From contig CM059432.1 of NCBI GenBank assembly GCA_030390025.1, positions 144,276,001-144,340,000 of the forward strand: 64,000 nt of DNA, given 5' to 3'. Source of the stretch: Squalus acanthias (Eukaryota). This document shows positions 39,001-51,000 of the stretch, in pieces (within the stretch, counting starts at the first letter, position 1; every line of letters begins with the position of its first letter). The translations under genes were made by a program, and so were the position numbers. The notes under the pieces are model-generated. The model had not been told where the DNA came from and made no database searches. It saw only the letters and a program-made list of their open reading frames with translations.

Positions 39001-42000
39001 TGAAAGGCTCCATGACAGATGTGTCAATAAAGCCCTCTCCCGCCTTATTGCCGTGGCAGCCCTTAGCTTGCACCTATTACAGGCAATCTGTCCCACTTAA
39101 GAAGCTCTGGACATCCTGGGAGTCAAGACTTGCTGTCATGGGTCTCTGTCCTTTCTTCCTGTGCTGTGCGTCTGGGGAATGAACATTCACTGGGTGCAAA
39201 GCGCAGAAGAAACAGCCTCCTCATATGGAAGTTAGCAAACACTTAGGACAGCCTGAGCTAATCGGGAGCAATATCGGGATTTTTAAAGGACAGGTCGTGC
39301 ATGACTAATTGAACAGATGAATGGAACTTTCTACGTTTAATAAGGTGCCACATGGGAGTTAAGACACATGATGTAAAAGGGAATGGGGCAGCATGGATAG
39401 AACGAAGGCTAGGGGACAGAAAGGAGTCCGAGCAAATGGATGTTCTTCAAATTGACGTAATGTGGGTAGTGGTGTGCCCCAGAGGTCTATGATCTTTAGT
39501 TTGTACTTTATATAAATGATCTGGATGTAGGCACAAGGGGAATGACATTGGAGTTTGCTGATGATGCTGCATTAGCAGAGATGACAAATTGAGGAAGAGT
39601 GCTGGAGACTGCAGATTGATACGGCTGGGTTAGGAGAGTGGGCAGTTGTAGAGAAATGTGAAATATGAATGATGTGTATCCTAAATGGTAAGGTCCTTAA
39701 CGCAGAGTGGAGGAGCAGAGAGAGCTGGGATTCAGATACGTAGGTGGGAGTATAGGTTGTAAAAGGGGCAACAGGAATTCTGGGTTTTATACATAATGGG
39801 AATGAATATAAAAGCATGGGAGTGATGTTGCATTTGTACAAGGGCCATACTTGGGCCATAGTTAGAATATTGTGTGCATTTCTGGGAATCTGCATGTAGG
39901 AAGGGTATTAGAGCCTCACTGATTCACTAGAACCCTGAGAGATATGAAAGATTGTTTCCACTGGTTGATGACTCACTAACTGGGCACAGACTAAGGGTTA
40001 TCGCTAGAAGAATGAAGGAAGGAGTTGGAATAATTTTTTCACACAATGGCCTATTAGAAGAAATGACATTTATATAGCATCTTTCACGACCTCAGGATGT
40101 CCCAAAACGCTTCACAGCGAATTAAGTATTTTTGAAGAGTTGACACTGTTGTAGTGAGGGAAACGTAACAGCCAATTTCTGCACAGCAAGATCCCACAAT
40201 AATCACTAGATGATCAGTTTTGGTGATGTTGGTTGACGGATAAAATGTTAACCAGTATAACTCCCCTACTATTCTTCGAATAGTGCCATGGAATCTTTTT
40301 CGTCCGCCTGAGAGACAGACAGTGCAGCACTCCTTCAGTACTGCACTGGGGTGTCAGCCTGGATCATGTGCTCAAGTGGGACTTGAACCCACGACCTTCT
40401 GACACCTTGGCTCAGTGGAAGCACACTCTATTCGAACATGGAATACTTTACTAGAAGTGGCTGAGGCACAGAGTCTATAATATCATTTAAATGGAATTAG
40501 AAAAGTGCTTGAAAGAGAAGAATATAAAAGGATACAGAGAGCAAGCAAGGAAATGCGATTTTGGACAGATAGCTCCATTTGAAAAGCTAGCAATGAGTTG
40601 AATAGCCTCATTCTAAGCTGTAAATTATATGGTTCTATGAATATTTAATAGCATGATAGCTTTTTAAATCTGTTTAAATTTAAAATGATATTTTTATCCA
40701 CGAGTAGCACTCTGGGAGATCGACCACTTATGATTTATTAAAATTGATTTGAATAATGAACTTGGGAGCAGGACATTCCTGGTACTTCCAGGATGTTGGC
40801 GATGTAGCTTCAGTGGGAATACAGACTGGGATCTGGATGCTGCGGATCCCGTGCTATTAAGGGGTGGAGGCTTCGCCTGCCACTCGCGAGGCTAGCAGCG
40901 TGAGAGGGGGCAGGATCAGGGCAGAGACTCCCAACGCCAGCAGTTTCCCCAACCCCATCCCCCAGAGGGATCCAGCTTAGGATTGGTGGTTGTACATGCC
41001 ATCCCAGCGAAAGATAGAAGTGGACCCCACCCGGGAGTCCAGGCTGGCATGATGGCCTCGGCTCCCAAAGAAATAAAGTGCTGTTTTTCTTTTAATTATT
41101 TAATTGTGGCTCCTTTACTAATGGGGCTACAGGGGACACTAACTTCTTTGAGGGAGCGGGAGGGGGGGGGCGGGGCGGGGTGGAATGACACCTGTGAAGT
41201 TTAGGGTCAGTGACCGAGGTTGGGCACATCTTGGCACTACTGGAGTGCCTCTTCCTCCCCATCCCGGGTAATTTTCAGCACCTGAATATATTCATTCGTG
41301 TGCAGCTGAGTTAGTTCAGCAGCCTTTAATCTGAGTCTTCCCCCCCCCCCCCCCCCCCCCCACCCATTGTTCGAATATTGAAGTTTAACAAACAGGGATT
41401 TGCACCTTTTTATTGCTAAACTCTTTTTACTCGCTGTGTACGCTGTACTTTCCTAATCGTTTGGTGTTTGTTTTTTTTTTAACATGCTTTAGAACAAAAT
41501 CTTTCATGAACATTTCAAGAAATGGTAATCAATTAATTTTTTATTTACAGACTTTGAAGGAGCTGCTCGGTTTGTTAAAAGGAGGACCTCCTGAAAGTGT
41601 GGAGGAGTAAGTGTCCTGAATGTGTTAGTGTGGGCTTTGAAATGCAACAAATTGAGCTTCTGCCACAGAGATTTTAAAATGAGGAACAAATGAAAAGATA
41701 AGTTGAAAGTTGTAATCCTACAAACTTCCAATCTGCATTTGAGCTCAACGGGCTCAGAAATCCTCGGATCTCCTCCGTCAACATGAGTGTGATGGAGCAG
41801 ATATCCCGCTGTACCTGTCCCCTCCTCTCCTGACTCCACAGAATGTCAGAGATCAGGGCGGGGTTAACCCATGTCATTATTTCAGTCAGGTGCCCCCACC
41901 AGTATTGATGCACCTTGGGCATCCAAAAGAACTGGGCCATAGGAGGACAGATTGGGCAGATTAAAAGTCTTTAAAATCAAAACAGAAAATGCTGGAAATA

Positions 42001-45000
42001 CTCAGCAGGTCAGGCAGTATCTGTGGTGAGGGAAATGGAGTTAACGTTTCAGGTTAGTGACCTTTCGTCCAAACTGGAAGATAGTTAGGGATTTAACAGT
42101 TTATAAGCAAATACAGAGGCAGGGAAAGGGGGGAGGAGACGAAAGAACAAAAGGGGACGGTCTGTGATGGGGTGGAAGGCAAGAGTGATTAAATAAAAAA
42201 AGGGATGATGGTGCAACGTGTAATGGGTCAAGTAACAGCACAACCGTTGCTAGCACCTGCTGTCTGAGAAAATGGAAGAGGTGGTTATGATCTAAAGTCG
42301 TTGAACTCAATGTTAAGGCTAGAATCTGTCTCTTATACCATTTAACATGTTATCAGAGACAGGTTTGCTATGATGCTGCTGACAGTATTCTGGGATGTCC
42401 AGGCCAAGAGCCAGGTCTGGACACCCCTTTGGGCCCTCCATGGATCTGGACGGCAGGATCTCTCTGGTGTCCAGATCACCGGGCGCTTATGAGATGGGAG
42501 CCACTGGAATTCTGGCAGGAGATGCCCCTCCACCGGCCCTGCCACCTTCATAACGTCAAAGGTGAGAATGTGATGGACGAAACTTATTGCCCCCACGGAC
42601 CCCAGTGGGAATTCCTCCCCCCGGGGCAACTTCACGGCGGAAAACGAACTTTATGGGTTCCACATGATGTCGTCTCTACCCCCAGCCAACCCTCTCCAAC
42701 CTCCCTTGCCATTGCCCCCCCCCCCCCGCTCTCCATCGCAGCCCCCCACCCCCGCTCCAGTCCTTTTCGAAACTTAATCAAGGAAAGAGAGAGCTTTTTG
42801 AAGCCCACCATCTGTTGGTGGATGCAGTCATTGTCTCTCTCAAAGTTTTAATTAGTAATTAAAATGTGTATTTTCTTTTTTTTTTAGAAGGAAGTTTCCA
42901 ACCCGTGGAGAGGTAAAACACTTTTTTACACTTCATGATCAAACTTTAGGCGTTATTTCTACATGTCTGATTTTGACATTTGGGTTTATTACATATTACA
43001 AAAACATTGCATTGAAAGCTTCTGGTCATTGTCTTGCCCTTATTTTAGTGGCTGAGAACCATTTTTATGTAGATTTTAAGTGACATCAATCTCATTTTTC
43101 CCTGATCCGTTGTTGTCCATAACTATAATTAGATGACCTCACTGCAAGCCTGTCTCAGCTGGGCCAGTCACAGAGCTGCTTTGACAGCAGTCAGTGAGGA
43201 AGCCCGATCCAGGCAGTCTCCTGCTGTGAAGGAGGTATTACATTGTGAGTAAATGGGATGTCATTGGGTTTTCACTGCAGCTGATGATCATCTTGCCATT
43301 TCTCACTGCACAAAAGTTCACAATAGAGAATAAATTAAGGAGTTTACAGAAAATTTGCCCTGTATATTTAGGGCCCAAAGTTCTTGGGTGATGGGAGGGC
43401 GCAAAATGGGCAGATCCCCCGTGGATGGCTGGAAATTTGGCACAGAACCCGGATGGGACGGGTTTCTGCTTCATTTTACCTCCGACATAAATCCTGATTT
43501 GTGGGGGAGGTGGGTGCAGCTTCTATTTGACGTCCCTACCTCTGCAGCCAGCATTGGAGGCGTGTTTAGGGGCGTTCCCAGGCTTCCTCGGGAAATCCAC
43601 CCAGTTGGCCACTTTTATGCCCACTGCGAACAGGACCGAGGTCTGTACTGACCCCAAAAATACTTCCGAACAAAGGTCGTCAATCCCACAGGAGGTCAGC
43701 TGCCATTAGCAGCCAGGCCCTGGTTTCCCGTCGGAGAGAAATAGAAAAAGAATTCTGCTGACCATTCAGCCGATGAGGGCCTCTGGCTTCTCATTGGAGC
43801 AGCAGGGCGCTGCTTTTATTTTCTGCTGGGCAATCTGTAGTGCTGCCCTCAATATTGAAATGACCCCGTCCTGGGGATTGGGGATTTGGGATGGGGTCAA
43901 CCTCTGGTCAACGACCTGAGGTCCCGCTCCATTGCACTTCCAGCACGGAGTGGTGACCCTGTAATTTTTATTATTCGTTCATGGGATGTGGGCGTCACAG
44001 GCGAGGCCAGCATTTATTGCTCATCCCTAATTGCCCTTGAGAAGGTGGTGGTGAGCTGCCTACTTGAACCGCTGCAGTCCCTGTGGTGAAGGTACTCCCA
44101 CAGTGCTGTTAGGTAAAGAGTTCTAGGATTTTGACACCGTGACGATGAAGGAATGACGATATATTTCCAAGTCAGGATGGCATGTGACTTGAAGGGGAAC
44201 TTGGAGGTGGTGGTGTTCCCTTGCGCCTGTTGTCCTTCTAGGTGGTGGAGGTTGTGGGTTTGGGAGGTGCTGTTGAAGAAGCCTTGGCGAGTTTTTGCAG
44301 TGCGTCTTGGGCCTAATTTAGGGCCTAAGTCTCTAGACCGGATGTATTGGAGGGCTTGTAGATATTTGAAATTATCGTACCTGTTGCTGATAGATTGAAA
44401 GTATGTAACATCAAGGTGTGATTTGTGTTTCTGTCTCCACAGCTTGTCTATCATGTTTTGCAGTTGGTAGCATTTATAGTCCTGGCCATTCTCATCATGA
44501 GACTCAAACTTTTCCTCACACCTCATATGTGCATCATGACTTCTCTAATTTGTTCCAGACAGGTAAGATAAGCTTCATCAATGAAGTTTAATATTGTTAC
44601 TTCCACCCCATTTGTTCACCCCAGCCCCCAGACCTGGTTACATGACGGTGACTTGAATGCTTCAACAAAAGTAACTATTGTATTGTATTGGTGCAAGCAA
44701 CAAACTTTCGACTTTGCATGTTTTAATTTCAAATCTGCAATGTTTTGGGGTTTTCTTTGCCTCACTGGAAAGCTCTTCACTGACGATCTGGTCTCTACAC
44801 TGCCCAATCTAGAATCAGAACAATGGACCCCGCTAACTAAATTTAAAAGGTTTAGTACATGGCTGAATGAGTGGTGTTTGATTTTAATAACATGTAGCAT
44901 TTAATCTGGTAGATTTTGTACAGTTTGGAATTAAAAACTTGAAGAAATATGTTCGAGTACAGGGAAAGGGCGGGACTTGGGAATAGCGTCCCGGGAATCG

Positions 45001-48000
45001 CAATGGGGGCCAAATATCTTCCTCCTGTGCTGAGATTTCTGTGGTTCTGTGATTTTGATAATATTTGGATTAAAATTTTCAAGCCAGCAATATAAATTAA
45101 TTAATACTGTATTCAGTAGTACAAATTATGAATTTTGTTATAAGCAGAATTAACCCTTGCACTTATGATGTGATCTTGGATGTGATTGTCAGATACTGAT
45201 ATTACACCCTAAATCAGCGCTCATTGTCCTACACTATATGCTGTGGAATGAGACAGCGCAGTAGAAAATAGGGACATTACAATTGAAATTGGTGCGAGCT
45301 AGGTAACTTTCTTGGGGTAAATGCGCATTCCACAAGCTTAGCGTCAATGTGAAGCCAAAACCACTTTGCACTGATGCCAAACCAGGTGCGTGAATTGGGA
45401 GCCAAGTTCCGCACTTAATGTGAAGCAAAGTGGACTGACACCACCTCCTATAAGGGTTCCGTCAGCTTGGATTCAAAGTTATGTTCTATCCTGATGCTCG
45501 AATTCTGGCTGCATTTACACTTTGCCATGTCAATGCGAAGCCAAACTGCTTCACACCAACACTGCAGTCGGAGTGACTGCAGCTTTACGTATGGGGATAG
45601 ACACAAGGTTGGAGGAGAATGTCCTTTATTGCGTGTGCTTAAATCTGGAAAAAAAAATTATCAGCAATTCTGATCATTTGCTGCTGACTTTTCCCTGTGT
45701 GTTTTCCATAACACACAATATCGGAAGAATCTACAGTAAGCCTTGACCTTTTATATAGGTTTGTGAAATCGAATAACTTCTTTTGAATCACTGACTCCGT
45801 ATAATACACCTTGGTTGCTGGTATTTGTGCACTGGATGCATTTATTCTTCAAATGATCTTTCTCCTTCTGTCTCTCTACACACCTACTCAGTATTTTCTT
45901 GACCAAAGTAAAAGCTGTTGCATTGGAGATTGTTTCACGCTTTTTGTTTCTCCTTCCATTTGTGAAGCTTTTTGGCTGGATTAGAAGTAAAACCCATCAC
46001 CAGATAATTGTGTGCGTAATGCTGGCAGCAATGGCTGTACAGGGGGCAATAAACCTGAAGGAGCAGTGGAGCATCATTGGAGAGTTCAGCAACTTCCCTC
46101 AGGAGGAATTATTAGAGTGGATTAAAGAAAACACCAAAAAGGGTGAGTGTTACAAAAGTGACTTTTGCGAAGAATTTAGTCCTCTATAGGGCTACATACC
46201 AATGAATGCATTCTTGTTTAACTCTCTTATTTTACAAACGTAAACAGCTGTGTAGACTAGAACTCATTTGCGATACATCCTTTAGGCACTCAAAGTACCC
46301 TATCTGAAATATGTTCCGTTTGGGAGATTTAATCACCTGTTGTGGGGGAGGTAACTGGTAGATTCTGCTTCCGTGGCTCATGAGCACTGCAGCTTCTTTT
46401 ATCGAGTTTTTGTGCTCATTAAATGAGGGATGTTACCGCTGGGAATGGAACTTGCCCCATTTCAGGTGCCCATCAGACACTCCCAGTCAGATATGCACAT
46501 CACGTAACCAATTGCAGAATGAAGTTCTGACTGCTCTGCTGTAACAATGTGCCCTAGTCATAACCTCAGAACTGGTTGCTTAATGCATCTATTTCACATT
46601 TCCAGCATCCACAGCATTTTGCTTTTGTCCTTAATGCATCTATTGCATTGTGATATTTCCATTTACCACATGCAACTTTCTCTGTGGCCCAGCTAGGTGA
46701 GATTGCTAATTTAGTAACCAATTAGTGTGTTAGACCCATATCTACTAACCGCTGAATTGAAATTTGTTTCATGTAAGAGTTCCTGCAGCACACAGGGAGA
46801 GGAGAGTCACCCATCAGTCTGGGTTGGATTTAACTTGTGATACCACAACAAAGGCAGTTGTATTGGAAGGTTTATTTTCCCCCTTCCTCATTCTGTGAAC
46901 CTTTTGACTGGATTACCTAATTTTCCCTTCTAAGAACATAAGAAAGAGGAGCAGGAGTAGGCCATTTGGTCCCTCGAGCCTGCTCCGCCATTCAATAAGA
47001 TCATGGCTGATCTTCTACCTCATCTCCACTTTCCTGCACTATCCCCATATCCCTTGATTCCCTTAATATCCAAAAATCTATCGATTTCTGTCTTGAATAT
47101 ACTCAACGACTGAGCCTCCACAGCCCTCTGGGGTAGAGAGTTCCAAAGATTCACCACCCTCAGTGAAGAAATTTCTCCTCATCTCATTCCTAAATGGCCG
47201 ACCCCTGGTTCTAGACTCCCCAGCCAGGGGAAACATCCTCACTGCATCTACCCTGTCAAGCCCTGTAAAAATTCTGTATGTTTCAATGAGATCACCTTTC
47301 ATTCTTCTAAACTCTAGAGAATATAGGCTTAGTCTACTCAATCTCTCCTCATAGGACAATCCCCCCCATCCCAGGAATCAGTCTGGTGAACCTTCGTTGC
47401 ACTCCCTCTATGGCAAGTATATCCTTCCTTAGGTAAGGAGACCAAAGCTTTACACAATACTCCAGGTGTGGTCTCACCAGCGCTCTATATAATTGCAGTA
47501 AGACGTCTTTACTCTTCTACTCAAATCCTCTTGTAATAAAGGCCAACATACCATTTGCTTAAATAAAAACAGAAAATGCTGGAAATACTCAGCACGTCAG
47601 GCAGCATCTGGCCAGTTCTGACGAAGGGTCATCGACCTGAAACGTTAACTCTGTTTCTCTCTCCACAGATGCTGCCTGACCTGCTGAGTATTTCCAGCAT
47701 TTTCTGTTTTTATTTCAGATTTCCAGCATCTGCAGTATTTTGCTTTTGTAATACCATTTGCTTTCCTAATTGCTTGCTGTACCTGCATGTTAACTTTCAG
47801 TGATTCATGTACAAGGACACCCAGGTCCCTCTGAACGCCTACATTTCCCAATCTCTCTCCATTTAAAAATACTCTGCTTTTCTATTTTTCCTACCAAAGT
47901 GGATAACTTCACATTTCTCCACATTATATTCCATTTGCCATGTTCTTGCACACTCATTTAGCTTGTATATATCCCCATGAAGCCTCTTTGCATCCTCCTC

Positions 48001-51000
48001 ACAACTTACATTCCCACCCAGCTTTGTATCATCAGCAAACTTGGATATATTACATTTGGTCCCCTCGTCCAAATCATTAATATAGATTGTGAATAGCTGA
48101 GGCCCAAACACTGATCCTTGCGGTACCCCACTAGTTACAGCCTGCCAATCCGAAAATGACCCGTTTATTCCTACTCTCTGTTTTCTGTCCGTTAACCAAT
48201 CCTCAATCCATGCTTGTATATTACCCCCAATTCCATGAGCCCTATTTTTTTGTTTAATCATCTCTTGTGTAGCACTTTATCGAATGCCTTCTGAAAATCC
48301 AAATACACCACATCCACTGGTTCCCCCTTAACTATTCTGCTAGTTACAACCTCAAAAAACTCCAACAGATTTGTCAAACACGATTTCCCTTTCATAAATC
48401 CATGTTGACTCTGCCCAATCCTATTATTATTTTCTAAGTGCCCTGTTACCACGTCCTTAATAATAGATTCTAGCATTTACCCTAATACTGATGTCAGGCT
48501 AACTGGTTTGTAGTTCCCTGTTTTCTTTCTCCCTCCTTTCTTAAGTAGTGGGGTTACATTTGCTGCCTTCCAATCCGCGGGAACCGTTCTAGAATCTATG
48601 GAATTTTGGAAAATGACAACCAATGCATCCACTATCTTTTTTTTATTCGTTCATGGGATGTGGGCGTCGCTGGCAAGGCCAGCATTTATTGCCCATCCCT
48701 AATTGCCCTTGAGAAAGTGGTGGTGAGCCTTCTTGAACCACTGCAGTCCGTGTGGTGAAGGTATTCCCACAGTGCTGTTAGGGAGGGAGTTCCAGGATTT
48801 TGAACCAGCGACGATGAAGGAGCGGCGATATACTTCCAAGTCAGGATGGTGTGTGACTTGGAGGGGAACTTGCAGGTGGTGGTGTTCCCATGCGCCTGCT
48901 GCCCTTGTCCTTCTAGGTGGAAGAGGTCACGGGTTTGGCAGGTGCTACTGAAGAAGCCTTGGCGAGTTGCTGTAGTGCATCTTGTAGATGGTACACACTG
49001 CAGCCACGGTACGCTGGTGGTGGAGGGAGTGAATGTTTAAGGTGGTGAATGGGGTGCCAATCAAGTGGGCTGCTTTGTCCTGGATGGTGTCAAGCTTCTT
49101 GAGTGTTGTTGGAGCTGCACTCATCCAGGCAAGTGGAGAGTATTCCATCACACTCCTTACTTGTGCCTTGTAGATGGTGGAAAGACTTTGGGGAGTCAGG
49201 AGGTGAGACACTCGCTGCAGAATACCTAGCCTCTGACCTGCTCTTGTTGCCACAGTATTTAGGTGGCTGGTCCAGTTAAGTTCCCAGTCAATGGGGAGCC
49301 CCAGGATGTTGATGGTGGGGGATTCGGCGATGGTAATGCCGTTGAATGTCAAGAGGCGGTGGTTAGACTCTCGCTTCTTGGAGATAGTCATTGCCTGGCA
49401 CTTCTGTGGCGCGAATGTTACCTGCCACTATCAGCCCAAGCCTGAATGTCATTCAGGTCTTGTTGCAGGTGGGCATGGACTGCTTCATTATCTGAGGAGT
49501 TGCGAATGGCACTGAACACTGCAGTCATCGGCGAACATCCCCACTTCTGACCTAATGTTGGAGGGAAGGTTATTGATGAAGCAGCTGAAGATCGTTGGGC
49601 CTAGGGCACTGCCCTGAGGAACTCCTGCAGCGATGTCCTGGGGCTGTGATGATTGTCCTCCAACAACTACAACCATCTTCCTTTGTGCTAGGTATGACTC
49701 CAGCCAGTGGAGAGTTTTTCCCCCTGATTCCCATTGACTTCAGTTTTACTAGGGCTCCTTGATGCCACACTCGGTCAAATGCTGCCTTGATGTCAAGGGC
49801 AGTCACTCTCACCTCACCTCTGGAATTCAGCTCTTTTGTCCATGTTTGGACCAAGGCTGTAATGAGGTCTGGAGCCGAGTGGTCTTGGCGGAACCCAAAC
49901 TGGAAATCAGTGAGCAGGTTATTGGTGATTAAGTGCCGCTTGATAGCACTGTCGACGACACCTTCCATCACTTTGCTGATGATTGAGAGTAGACTGATGG
50001 GGCAGTAATTGGCTGGGTTGGATTTATCCTGCTTTTTGTGGACAGGACATACCTGGGAAGTTTTCCACATTGTCTGGTAGATGCCAGTGTTGTAGCTGTA
50101 CTGGAATAGCTTGGCTAGAGGCGCGGCTAGTTCTGGAGCACAAGTCTTCAGCACGATAGCCGGGATGTAGTCGGGGCCCATAGCCTTTGCTGAATCCAGT
50201 GCGCTCAGCCGTTTCTTGATATCATGTGGTGTGAATCGAATTGACTGAAGACTGGCTTCTATGATGGTGGGGACCTCAGGAAAGGCCGATATGGATCATC
50301 CACTCGGCACTTCTGGCTGAAGATGGTTGCAAACACTTCAGCCTTGTCTTTTGCACTCACTTGCTGGGCTCCACCATCATTGAGGATGAGAATGTTCATG
50401 GAGCCTCCTCCTCCCGTTAGTTGTTTAATTGTCCACCACCATTCGCGACTGGATGTGGCAGGACTGCAGAGCTTTGATCTGATCCGTTGATTGTGGGATC
50501 GCTTAGCCCTGTCTATAGCATGCTGCTTCCGCTTTTTAGCATGCATGTAGTCCTGTGTTGCAGCTTCCCCAGGTTGGCACCTCATTTTTAGGTATGCCTG
50601 GTGCTACTCCTGGCATGCTCTTCTACAGTCCTTATTGAACCAGGGTTGGTCCCCTGGCTTGATGGTAATGGTAGAGTAAGGGATATGCCGGGCCATGAGG
50701 TTACAGATTGTGGTGGAATACAATTCTGCTGCTGCTGATGGCCCACAGCATGTCGTGGATGCCCAGTTTTGAGCTGCTGGATGTGTTCTGAATCTATCCC
50801 ATTTAGCATGGTGGTAGTGCCACACAACACAATGGAGGGTGTCCTCAGTGTGAAGACGGGACTTCGTCTCCATAATGACTGTGCGGTGGTCACTGCTACC
50901 AATGCTGTCATGGACAGATGCATCTGCGACAGGTAGATTGGTGAGGATGAGGTCAAGTAGGTTTTTTCCTCGTGTTGGTTCTCTCACCACGTGTCACAGG

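Noticed and set aside
43360..43930. Other GC-rich intronic blocks (also about 12660-12970, 13520-14080, 40690-41280, 54030-54640, 60110-60400) as CpG-island promoters or exons
   Set aside because: They look like degraded MITE-type repeats, but termini and TSDs could not be defined with confidence, so they are not annotated.
45899..46189. ORF-track extensions of DPY19L1 exons (also 19331, 41413, 54740, 57041)
   Set aside because: Similarity to DPY19L1 is confined to the AG/GT-bounded exon parts.
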